A DNA stretch of 64,000 nt from Candidatus Saccharimonadota bacterium (GCA_052034955.1 JBPOHZ010000003.1:659-64658), one strand, 5' to 3'; positions 47,925 to 55,074 are shown, counted from the stretch's first letter. Numbers and translations: made by a program. Notes: generated by a model not told the origin, from the sequence alone.

Positions 47925-48092
47925 AATAAAATGCCTCAGCAAAGCTGGGGCTTTTTCTTTGGTAGAGTGGGCTAGAACCCGAGACAGCAAGAGCGAAGCG
48001 ATTGCGTGTCGAGGGTTCGGTCGACAAGCTCGCTCGCAGAAGCTTGCTTCGAGAACGGGCGCAGTCGTGAGGTTGTCCCTCCTGGCCCTCCA
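47925..48092 (+). repeat. 168-nt noncoding unit, copy A: terminator, TGGTAGAGT box, about 118-nt GC-rich segment, exact copy of the tRNA-Lys 3' end including CCA
   Basis: It is bounded by the 19-nt direct repeat GTCCCTCCTGGCCCTCCAA (47907-47925 and 48075-48093). Copy B, 501 nt downstream, differs at 2 positions. It contains two partial copies of the tRNA T-arm (GTGTCGAGGGTTCG and GTCGTGAGGTTGTCCCTCC..). Confidence 0.9.
47933..47956 (+). terminator. Hairpin plus T-run after tRNA-Lys (first part of 168-nt unit A)
   Basis: GCCTCAGC-AAA-GCTGGGGC (one G-U pair) is followed by TTTTT. Confidence 0.7.
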
Positions 48093-48139
48093 ATACGCTA
48101 ATGCTTGCAAATTCACCAAATAGTCGTAGTATTGGCATT

Positions 48140-48382
48140 ATGAATATGATAACCCCAGAATTAGATATTAGGCATGAAGGAGTGGACCTGAGCCCACCTT
48201 CGTACGATTGGTATAAATATGTGGTAGATCGTGATATTACAGAAGTCGTTAGACTTGAGGGTATGAACGACTACTTACTCGCTGAGGTAACGCTAGAAAG
48301 TCTAGAGAGATTAAGCCAAAGATATCCTGAGCATAATACTCGCTATGCAGGGGAGCTTGCACTCGCTGGCTCGGTCAACTAG
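48140..48382 (+). CDS. Cassette ORF 1, hypothetical 80-aa protein
   Basis: ATG at 48140 lies 7 nt after TAGTAT (48127-48132). The ORF-track start 48101 lies within or adjacent to the repeat. No motif recognised. Confidence 0.45.
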   Translation: MNMITPELDIRHEGVDLSPPSYDWYKYVVDRDITEVVRLEGMNDYLLAEVTLESLERLSQRYPEHNTRYAGELALAGSVN

Positions 48383-48394
48383 TTAAAGCTAATT

Positions 48395-48426
48395 TAGTTG
48401 TTATAGCTTCCACGATGGCCCTCCAA
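48395..48426 (+). repeat. Cassette-end repeat R2 (32 nt)
   Basis: TAGTTGTTATAGCTTCCACGATGGCCCTCCAA. The last 11 nt are identical to the tRNA-Lys 3' end. It starts 12 nt after the ORF stop. Confidence 0.8.
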
Positions 48427-48593
48427 ATAAAATGCCTCAGCAAAGCTGGGGCTTTTTCTTTGGCAGAGTGGGCTAGAACCCGAGACAGCAAGAGCGAAGC
48501 GATTGCGTGTCGAGGGTTCGGTCGGCAAGCTCGCTCGCAGAAGCTTGCTTCGAGAACGGGCGCAGTCGTGAGGTTGTCCCTCCTGGCCCTCCA
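48426..48593 (+). repeat. 168-nt noncoding unit, copy B
   Basis: It is identical to copy A except T>C in the putative -10 (TAGAGT>CAGAGT) and A>G (GTCGAC>GTCGGC). It ends in GTCCCTCCTGGCCCTCCA (core 48576-48594). Confidence 0.9.
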
Positions 48594-48608
48594 ATCCCGA
48601 ACATGTTT

Positions 48609-48635
48609 AAACTCCTCACTCCGAGGAGTTTTTTT
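48609..48635 (+). terminator. Inter-cassette hairpin plus T-run (module M3)
   Basis: AAACTCCTC-ACTCC-GAGGAGTTT then TTTT, followed by TTTGGTATACT (extended -10) and the ATG at 48654. Confidence 0.65.
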
Positions 48636-48653
48636 GTTTGGTATACTTATGCT

Positions 48654-49286
48654 ATGTCACATGCAAATGAAAGCGATATTCCTCGTAATGGAATGCGAGC
48701 CGAGGGTGAGCAGGACAGGCCGGAAGAGTATAAGGCTGCCAGAGATAACCTAGTAATATCGGTAAGGGGTTTGCTTGATGAGGTTGAGCGGCTCCAGGCG
48801 GATGGGCTGCCATTGGGTGAGTTCGGACTAATTTATGATACACCTGGTATCAGCAGGATAGTCCTAGAGGATCCTTTCGCAAAAGTTAGTACAGGCATAA
48901 TGGCTGAGAGAACAAAGCCTACCGGAGCCTATCTTTATCATGATTCTAAAACGGGCCAAAGAAGTTTAGTAGTGGTAAGGCCAGATAAAGTCTTAGAAAT
49001 TTTAGATAATCCAATGGAGCAACAAGTTGCCGGGCCTGAAGCTGGTTATGAAGGCGTAAGTTCTTCGATACTAACTTCTTTTAATGAGCGTCAACCAGAT
49101 GGATCGTACATTGGAGCTCAGGTGCGAGCTTCCGGAAAGTTCTCAATTAAGAAGTTTGATGGTGGGAGCGATAGTTATCATACGGGCATATCACTAACTC
49201 ATAACCCAGAGCAGATAGAGATGGTCGGAGATATGTGGACGGATATAGAGGCTCAGTTACTCAAACAACCTCCAGCACATAGCTAG
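48654..49286 (+). CDS. Cassette ORF 2, hypothetical 210-aa protein
   Basis: The ORF-track start 48507 would read through repeat unit B and the hairpin. The ATG at 48654 lies 6 nt after TGGTATACT. No motif recognised. Confidence 0.6.
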   Translation: MSHANESDIPRNGMRAEGEQDRPEEYKAARDNLVISVRGLLDEVERLQADGLPLGEFGLIYDTPGISRIVLEDPFAKVSTGIMAERTKPTGAYLYHDSKTGQRSLVVVRPDKVLEILDNPMEQQVAGPEAGYEGVSSSILTSFNERQPDGSYIGAQVRASGKFSIKKFDGGSDSYHTGISLTHNPEQIEMVGDMWTDIEAQLLKQPPAHS

Positions 49287-49311
49287 CAATTAATCCCACT
49301 GAACCATACTG

Positions 49312-49343
49312 TAGTTGCGATAAGCTCCACCATGGCCCTCCAA
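49312..49343 (+). repeat. Cassette-end repeat R4 (32 nt)
   Basis: TAGTTGCGATAAGCTCCACCATGGCCCTCCAA. Confidence 0.8.
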
Positions 49344-49369
49344 TCTGGTTATGTTAATATATTTGCAGT

Positions 49370-49507
49370 ATGTATAATTTCCTTGCGCACAGCATACCAA
49401 ACTCAGTTTTTCTTCTCGCACTACTCGCTGGTTTATTTGCATTGATTATTCGGTCTTGGAAACAGCATCAGCGTTTCAAGAATTGGAAGAAGCTGAACCA
49501 GAAGTAA
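49370..49507 (+). CDS. Cassette ORF 3, 45-aa single-TM peptide (below the ORF-track cutoff)
   Basis: MYNFLAHSIPNSVFLLALLAGLFALIIRSWKQHQRFKNWKKLNQK. TGTTAATAT ends 9 nt upstream of the ATG. Repeat R5 follows 12 nt after the stop. Confidence 0.4.
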   Translation: MYNFLAHSIPNSVFLLALLAGLFALIIRSWKQHQRFKNWKKLNQK

Positions 49508-49519
49508 CGACCGGCAATC

Positions 49520-49551
49520 TAGTTCCACTAGATTCCACTATGGCCCTATAG
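49520..49551 (+). repeat. Cassette-end repeat R5 (32 nt, diverged 3' end)
   Basis: TAGTTCCACTAGATTCCACTATGGCCCTATAG. Confidence 0.65.
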
Positions 49552-49702
49552 TTCCGGTCATATTTAAACACTTCGCCCTGAGGAGTCGTTGAGTCTAAAT
49601 ATATAGCTTACGCACTTTTTAAGCTGTGACGAATAAGAGTTTCCTGGTTGCGCAATTAACGACGTTGTGGACTTCTTGTCAGGCATTGTCTATGATGTCC
49701 TA

Positions 49703-50395
49703 ATGAGTTTAACCGTTCCGGCCCCTGCTAACATCTTTTCTCCCGAGGCTCCTCGTTCGGACGAGCTGGTTGGTGGCGCCCAATTTGATTCAACCGATTT
49801 CTTTTTATCTGATCACTGTACTCGACCTATGGCACCTTCGCAAAGTCCATGGGAAGCATTATTGCGCAAGGCATTCGCAGCTCAAATAGAGCAAAATCCT
49901 ACTATCGACATGATACATTCAACTCAACATATTAGGTACGGGCTGGTTCCTTTCAGTTCGGTATTGAGCGATAGTGACTTTGCTTTGGTTAGTGCATTTC
50001 CAATCGCAAGATCACTTCTTACCCAAGCTAGCAATACTCAGTGGAGTGGTCCTCGACCCAATACTTACGAGTCTAACTATAATGCGCTCGTTGCCTCATG
50101 GCTGTATCAAAAAGCGAATGGATCAGACCAGTTTGGCCGTGCAGCCATGTCGATTCAAGAATCGGGCATTATTGGCCCCGAGGACTCTGTGCTTGCTAGC
50201 TACATACTGGCATTGACGGTTGGATCTTGCGACGAAAGCGGTATACCGTTACATGATGGGGGATTTGGTTTTGTTGATGTTGCAAAAAAAGTACGGGAAG
50301 GAGCTATCCTAAATCGTTGGGATTTGCAGCAACACTATCCCGGTCCAAATGCAGCTGAGTTAAGTCTTATTCCAGATACATCCACGGGTTTCTAG
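49703..50395 (+). CDS. Cassette ORF 4, hypothetical 230-aa protein
   Basis: ATG at 49703 lies 6 nt after TATGAT (49691-49696). The ORF track uses the GTG at 49667. No motif recognised. Confidence 0.6.
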   Translation: MSLTVPAPANIFSPEAPRSDELVGGAQFDSTDFFLSDHCTRPMAPSQSPWEALLRKAFAAQIEQNPTIDMIHSTQHIRYGLVPFSSVLSDSDFALVSAFPIARSLLTQASNTQWSGPRPNTYESNYNALVASWLYQKANGSDQFGRAAMSIQESGIIGPEDSVLASYILALTVGSCDESGIPLHDGGFGFVDVAKKVREGAILNRWDLQQHYPGPNAAELSLIPDTSTGF

Positions 50396-50404
50396 GGTTA
50401 GCGT

Positions 50405-50437
50405 TAGTTCCAATAGCTTCCACGATGGTCCCCTTCC
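50405..50437 (+). repeat. Cassette-end repeat R6 (33 nt)
   Basis: TAGTTCCAATAGCTTCCACGATGGTCCCCTTCC. Confidence 0.7.
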
Positions 50438-50448
50438 TGAACTTTATT

Positions 50449-50473
50449 AAACTCCTCATTAAGAGGAGTTTTT
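50449..50473 (+). terminator. Inter-cassette hairpin plus T-run (module M6, homologous to M3)
   Basis: AAACTCCTC-ATTAA-GAGGAGTTT then TT, followed by TTTGGTATAAT and the ATG at 50493. Confidence 0.65.
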
Positions 50474-50492
50474 CGTTTGGTATAATCCAAGC

Positions 50493-51320
50493 ATGTTGAG
50501 CGGCGAAATAATTCATGTTGGTGAGGCTCAGGGCGGAATTTCTGCTCATGTTGAGCATGTAGAGATAGATGGCACACCATTTGTATTAAAGACAGACACT
50601 GAGTTTGATGTAAAAGGTGAAGCGTTTTTCCAAGGACAGCTCAAAGAGCTCGGGCTACCTCATGTTGAGATGTATGAGCATCCGAATCTTCGTCCGGATC
50701 AAATCCTGATGCAGCAAGTAGATGGCAAATCGTTGAATGGCCCAAATTTCACCAACCAAAATCTTTTGAAACTTGGGCAGACATTAGCAACAATCCATTC
50801 TAGAAAGTTTGACCAACTCTATGGTCTAGACGAACAGGGACGGTTGCATCCAAACGACTGGCTGGATTTTGTAGCAAATATGAAGAACCGAGCCAGTAAG
50901 ACAGCGCAACATTTTGATGGCGCTTCTAGGGCCGTGGAGCGGGCAACGCAAAAACTAAGCGTGCAGACTCCAGATACTTTTGTTATGTGTCACGGTGATT
51001 TGCACGGTAACAATGTGTTCTGTACTGATGAGGGATTGGTGCTCTTTGATAATAATGCCAGTGATATTGTCGCTACGCCACAATACGACTTGGCGGTTAT
51101 CTTTGGTGAAGTTATGCCCGGTTATCGTTACGGTGCTGAAAACGCCCAGGGTACAAGGGACTATGAGCGTATGGAAGCCTTTCTTGAAGGCTACGGCAGG
51201 CTGCCTGTAGACTTCGAAGAGACTATAGACGACTACGTTTTACTGAGGCTACTGGCTCGTTATCCAAACCAATTCGTTCCGCACCAGGATGCGACGATTG
51301 ACTTACTCATAGCCAAGTAG
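50493..51320 (+). CDS. Cassette ORF 5, APH/choline-kinase-family phosphotransferase
   Basis: Brenner motif VMCHGDLHGNNVF followed by LVLFDNN. An N-terminal nucleotide-binding lobe with a ..PFVLKTD.. lysine region. Length 275 aa. Confidence 0.8.
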   Translation: MLSGEIIHVGEAQGGISAHVEHVEIDGTPFVLKTDTEFDVKGEAFFQGQLKELGLPHVEMYEHPNLRPDQILMQQVDGKSLNGPNFTNQNLLKLGQTLATIHSRKFDQLYGLDEQGRLHPNDWLDFVANMKNRASKTAQHFDGASRAVERATQKLSVQTPDTFVMCHGDLHGNNVFCTDEGLVLFDNNASDIVATPQYDLAVIFGEVMPGYRYGAENAQGTRDYERMEAFLEGYGRLPVDFEETIDDYVLLRLLARYPNQFVPHQDATIDLLIAK

Positions 51321-51323
51321 GCT

Positions 51324-51355
51324 TAGTTGCGACAATAGCAAAGACGGTCCTTCAA
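51324..51355 (+). repeat. Cassette-end repeat R7 (32 nt, diverged)
   Basis: TAGTTGCGACAATAGCAAAGACGGTCCTTCAA. It starts 3 nt after the stop. Confidence 0.55.
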
Positions 51356-51366
51356 TTTGACTTGAA

Positions 51367-51395
51367 AACTATACCATTGTCCGGTATAGTTTTTT
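51367..51395 (+). terminator. Inter-cassette hairpin plus T-run
   Basis: AACTATACC-N7-GGTATAGTT is a perfect 9-bp stem followed by TTTT. The ATG of the next ORF is at 51397. Confidence 0.6.
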
Positions 51396-51396
51396 C

Positions 51397-51753
51397 ATGT
51401 CTGAAAGAGTTGGCGAATTAGCCTACATTATTATCGATAGTATAGACCCCGAAGGGCTTGCTTCTTTTTGGGGTTCGGTCTTAGGGCTAGAGATATCGGA
51501 GTGCTCCGAACCATATGTTGATCTTGCACCTTCTGCAGAGCACGCTCCGGTGTTAAGTTTTCAGAGAGTACCAGAGGCCAAAGAAGGGAAGAATCGGCTC
51601 CATCTTGATATTAAAGTTGGAGACCTAGATGTTGCTACCGCACAAATACAAACACTGGGCGGAAAATTAGTCCAAGAATGTGTAGAGCCACCTTATGAAT
51701 GGCGAGTGATGGCTGACCCTGAAGACAATGAGTTTTGTATAGTCACGAACTAG
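51397..51753 (+). CDS. Cassette ORF 6, VOC/glyoxalase-bleomycin-resistance-fold protein
   Basis: A 118-aa protein with LAYIIIDSIDPEGLASFWGSVLG..., RLHLDIKV and ..WRVMADPEDNEFCIV, typical of glyoxalase-like domain proteins. Confidence 0.8.
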   Translation: MSERVGELAYIIIDSIDPEGLASFWGSVLGLEISECSEPYVDLAPSAEHAPVLSFQRVPEAKEGKNRLHLDIKVGDLDVATAQIQTLGGKLVQECVEPPYEWRVMADPEDNEFCIVTN

Positions 51754-52075
51754 CTTGAAGAACAAATATTTTTCTTCGTTCCAGTAGTTCCCATGTTGGC
51801 CAATTAAATCGAATAATTGCCACATATGATGTTGACGATATTATTAAGGAAAGAAGTTCAATTATCTCCCAGACTTGGCAGAGACGATAATTACTCGCAA
51901 ACGACATAATTGACAGATATGCTTAAGTATAGTATAAATAATCTGACGTAAATGTCATGTGTTGATCCGCATATCTGTATCTGGTCGCTTGGATACGCGG
52001 GGAGCAAGTAGCGAAACCGGGATATAAATAATCTTTGTTAGTTACCATAATTTATAAAAAGTATGGAGTATTGAT

Positions 52076-52306
52076 ATGCAGAACGAATGCCCAAGACCAG
52101 TCGAAACTGGTGCTGATTCTTATGCCCAGATCACGGCTGGCGTTTTAGCAAGAGAGGTCGTCCGAAGATGCTTAGCGCCGATAAGCCCGCTTTTACAAAC
52201 AGGTTCTACACATAATACCGATGCAGAACCATTTGGTATGCCAATGAACGCAAGACGAAGGCGGTTATTTGAAGAATGGGCATCAACTAACGCCAGCGAT
52301 TCTTAG
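52076..52306 (+). CDS. Hypothetical small protein (76 aa)
   Basis: An ORF with GGAG 9 nt upstream, following a 322-nt AT-rich spacer. No motif recognised. Confidence 0.4.
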   Translation: MQNECPRPVETGADSYAQITAGVLAREVVRRCLAPISPLLQTGSTHNTDAEPFGMPMNARRRRLFEEWASTNASDS

Positions 52307-52383
52307 GAATAGGCACGTATTTGGGGAGTCTTAAATTAAGCATCGGTTGTGATAACCGTTGTTGTATGGCATAATCCACATCT

Positions 52384-52677
52384 ATGCCAAGACAATATGA
52401 ACCAGAAATAATTGGATTTGTGAGCAAATCGCTGCACGATGCGTTCCATCATACCTCTAATCAAGTTGATGCTGTCGGACCTGCATACAGTTCACCCCAG
52501 AGAACATATGACCCTTCGGAAAGATTAAGTTTGGCCTGTGAACTTGTCGATGCAATACTAGAAGCTAGACTGGACTGCGGAGATAGAAACGTACTAGCGG
52601 GGGTCATAGAAACTGCTTTACAAATGGGAGAAGCGGCCGCCACCCATCGCACAAATAGACAGCTTTTTGGTCGCTAA
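52384..52677 (+). CDS. Hypothetical small protein (97 aa)
   Basis: TGGCATAAT ends 8 nt upstream of the ATG. The ORF is followed by a weak R-like motif, TCCAGAATGGCTACACCCAA (52685-52704). Confidence 0.45.
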   Translation: MPRQYEPEIIGFVSKSLHDAFHHTSNQVDAVGPAYSSPQRTYDPSERLSLACELVDAILEARLDCGDRNVLAGVIETALQMGEAAATHRTNRQLFGR

Positions 52678-52781
52678 ACTCCTCTCCAGAATGGCTACAC
52701 CCAAGAACTATAAATTGTGCCCCGAAGTCGTCTTTGGCCTTATACTTACCGGCAGACTTTTGCTTTGGGTATACTAGATGC

Positions 52782-53609
52782 ATGCCTCATTCCTCCCCAA
52801 GAGTATTTATTCTGTCTGGGTATCGTATGACCTCACAAATGGTATGTGAAGCAATAAGCAAATCGCTCGATGCCAGTATTGGTCTGTATAGAATTCCTCG
52901 TTCCCGGTGGTTGGGTTGGTTATGGTATAGGCTTAAAAGATATGGAATACTAACCTTGCTTGGACACATCGGGCTTTCGCTATATCTTAGACTTCGATCC
53001 AGGCTACTTCGATTAAATCGACAGGCAAGGGATATAACAAGTCAGCACAAGCTACCAGAAGGGGTATTAAGTATTCAGTCCCAGGATGCACTTCTGGACA
53101 AGATTAGCCAGGCTGACGTTATTGTGATGATCGAGCCATTCCGCTTACCAAGGTCGGTCTATTCTAGTAAGTCGACCATATTTTTGGAGGTTGTCTGGGG
53201 TAGGGTGCCTTTTTATGTTGGAGATAGTGCTGGCTGGTGGGAAAAAGTGATCGAAGATGGAGCTAATACTTGCGTAAGTCTAGTCCAAAGATCTGGCGAG
53301 GCATCGGATTTAACATTGCTGGCTTCTTGGGAAGTTAAGCTTCGGGCCAGCGACACTATCGGAAGGGTCCGCCTAAGGCAGGCAGAAGTGCTCGCCCGGC
53401 AACTCCCGGAATTTTTGAAGAATCATATTGCCAGTCCAGCGATAATCAACAAAAAGCAGTCCATAAAAACAGACGGTTTTAGTTACATATCGCCGACTCT
53501 TTGGGAATATCTCCGATTTAATAAGGTAAAAGTAGTCCCCCAGACAGTTATTAATCGACGCAGAAATCGAATTACCTATAAACTAAGGTCATATGAGCAG
53601 CAAAAGTAA
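52782..53609 (+). CDS. Hypothetical protein (weakly formyltransferase-N-terminal-like)
   Basis: ATG at 52782 lies 6 nt after TATACT (52770-52775). The ORF-track TTG at 52734 is less likely. The N-terminal RVFILSGYRMTS.. Rossmann-like start is only suggestive. Confidence 0.55.
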   Translation: MPHSSPRVFILSGYRMTSQMVCEAISKSLDASIGLYRIPRSRWLGWLWYRLKRYGILTLLGHIGLSLYLRLRSRLLRLNRQARDITSQHKLPEGVLSIQSQDALLDKISQADVIVMIEPFRLPRSVYSSKSTIFLEVVWGRVPFYVGDSAGWWEKVIEDGANTCVSLVQRSGEASDLTLLASWEVKLRASDTIGRVRLRQAEVLARQLPEFLKNHIASPAIINKKQSIKTDGFSYISPTLWEYLRFNKVKVVPQTVINRRRNRITYKLRSYEQQK

Positions 53610-54261
53610 CAAATATAAAACCATTCCGTTAGCAATTATTGTATTTATTGTTCTATTTGTGCACGACACTAATCTTTATCCAAACTTGTCGATCGTTCAT
53701 CGATTTATCTTAAGCTCTCTAAGATTATTGCTTTTGGCTGTCCCGGTGATTCTCGCTAATTTTCTAAACCTACCAAAGTCGCGATCGGTTAGGGTGGCTA
53801 TTTTTGTTGCACTAATGCTGTTCATCCCATATACCCTCTACAGTGTCACAGAAGTAAGGCATATAGCAGAGTTATGTCCGGTCGATTCTGCAACTTACTT
53901 TACCGATAACTGCAGTCTTTCCAGTTGGCAACTCCTGCCGCCCTTAGCATATGCAATTATTGGCATAGCTGCATATGGCATGTGTTTACGGCGCTTAAAA
54001 AAACACCTTCTTAACTGGCAACTTGGGTTACTAGTACTGTATATCTCGCTAGCTACACAGTTCGCGTTGCAGAGTAGATTAAATATATGGAGTATTGCTA
54101 CTCAGCCCGCAGATCTAGTGAGGGAGGTGGCTATGGCGGTAAAGACTTGGGCATTCTGGCTGAACAGCACGGCATTCATGCTTTTATTTACGGCCATAAC
54201 GATCGCTATTGTTGGCTTGACTAACCTCAGGGCTGCTACTAAGCCTAGGCAGCCATTGTAG
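53593..54261 (+). CDS. Polytopic membrane protein, unknown function
   Basis: A 222-aa protein with about 6 TM helices. It overlaps the upstream gene by 17 nt. Confidence 0.55.
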   Translation: MSSKSNKYKTIPLAIIVFIVLFVHDTNLYPNLSIVHRFILSSLRLLLLAVPVILANFLNLPKSRSVRVAIFVALMLFIPYTLYSVTEVRHIAELCPVDSATYFTDNCSLSSWQLLPPLAYAIIGIAAYGMCLRRLKKHLLNWQLGLLVLYISLATQFALQSRLNIWSIATQPADLVREVAMAVKTWAFWLNSTAFMLLFTAITIAIVGLTNLRAATKPRQPL

Positions 54262-54592
54262 GGTCTTGAGGAGGAAGTGCAGGTGGAACTTCTTCGGAGC
54301 CAGGTGTTGGTACTTCACCCTCGGCAGGTAGTACAGACGCTTCATCCAATGGACTAACTGATGATTCACTTGCAACAGGGGCTTCATCTTGGGGTGCCTC
54401 GGCCTGTGGTGCGCCAAACTGGACTGTAGATTCTGGCTGTGCTGGCATTTCTGGCTGCACAGGCGCTTCTGGAGCAACTTGATCGGTTGGTGCCGGAGTC
54501 TGTTCTATCTGTTGGTTTGAGTTCGCAGATGTTGATACTGGTGTTTCTGGGGCACTGTCACCAGATTTAAATATGTTTCCTAAAAATGACAT
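54245..54592 (-). CDS. Acidic Pro/Glu/Ala-rich disordered protein
   Basis: SD AGGAGA upstream. The 115-aa sequence is low-complexity. Its 3' end overlaps the convergent gene by 17 nt. Confidence 0.5.
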   Translation of the reverse strand: MSFLGNIFKSGDSAPETPVSTSANSNQQIEQTPAPTDQVAPEAPVQPEMPAQPESTVQFGAPQAEAPQDEAPVASESSVSPLDEASVLPAEGEVPTPGSEEVPPALPPQDPTMAA

Positions 54593-54693
54593 TATTGTCT
54601 CCTATTGTTTTCTAATAACTATTAGCAGTATACCACCACGGGTATAATGCTCAAGCTTCATTGTCAAATTTACTTACCTGTTATACTTAAGAT

Positions 54694-55074
54694 ATGAAAA
54701 TAAAACATCTCGTCACGGTACAGGTCGTTCTTTTACTGGGTGCAGTAATCGCTGGATTAATTCTCAAAACTGATCTGGCAGACGGACCAAGAATGGCTCA
54801 CCGGGCCATTGGTGGACTAGCTGGAATTGTTTCGTTGGCAAGCTTGGTGATGATCCTTAAAAACAACTCTCCAAAGTTTCAGAAACTACTTGCCGTAGAT
54901 GCACTTGTATTGAGCTTTGTAGCGGGATATGCCGGCAAAACCTTAGTAACAGCCAGTAATTACGATCTTTATTTCAATCTAATGCGAGTATCCGGTGTAT
55001 TGGCTTTAGCTTCTTCGGTAGCGCTACTTTCTTTGCTAAACAGTAGCCCAAGTTCAGCTAAATCTAAAAAATAG
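54694..55074 (+). CDS. Small membrane protein (4 TM)
   Basis: An extended -10 TGTTATACT ends 6 nt upstream of the ATG. The 126-aa protein is hydrophobic. Confidence 0.55.
   Translation: MKIKHLVTVQVVLLLGAVIAGLILKTDLADGPRMAHRAIGGLAGIVSLASLVMILKNNSPKFQKLLAVDALVLSFVAGYAGKTLVTASNYDLYFNLMRVSGVLALASSVALLSLLNSSPSSAKSKK

Larger units (their letters stand above)
47925..51807 (+). mobile_element. Candidate tRNA-Lys-linked cassette array (no recombinase in the window)
   Basis: It comprises two copies of the noncoding unit, six single-ORF modules, at least seven copies or derivatives of the tRNA 3' end, and conserved inter-cassette hairpin/promoter modules. The mobile nature is inferred, not shown. Confidence 0.4.

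Noticed and set aside
47969-48092. The 168-nt unit as a tmRNA (ssrA) or as an intron-containing or split tRNA gene.
   Set aside because: The acceptor-like stem lacks the G3:U70 alanine identity pair. There is no tag-peptide reading frame ending in a hydrophobic ..AA stop and no pseudoknot-sized body, since the unit is far shorter than a tmRNA. No D arm or anticodon arm can be drawn, and bacterial tRNA introns sit in the anticodon loop, not the T-loop. I keep it only as an unclassified tRNA-3'-mimic repeat.
47692-48753. ORFs 47692-48138(-), 47883-48119(-), 48394-48594(-), 48415-48753(+), and the 48507 start of the 259-aa ORF.
   Set aside because: They run across tRNA-Lys and the two 168-nt repeat units. 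The near-identical peptide pairs are simply the repeat translated. The + ORF is better started at 48654, after the hairpin and -10 box.
47925-52704. Calling the cassette array a classical integron or a CRISPR array.
   Set aside because: There is no IntI-type integrase and no attI or Pc next to the array. The repeats lack the R''-L''/L'-R' imperfect palindrome of attC sites. Repeat spacing of 0.2-0.9 kb with protein-coding inserts is incompatible with CRISPR, and no cas genes are present.
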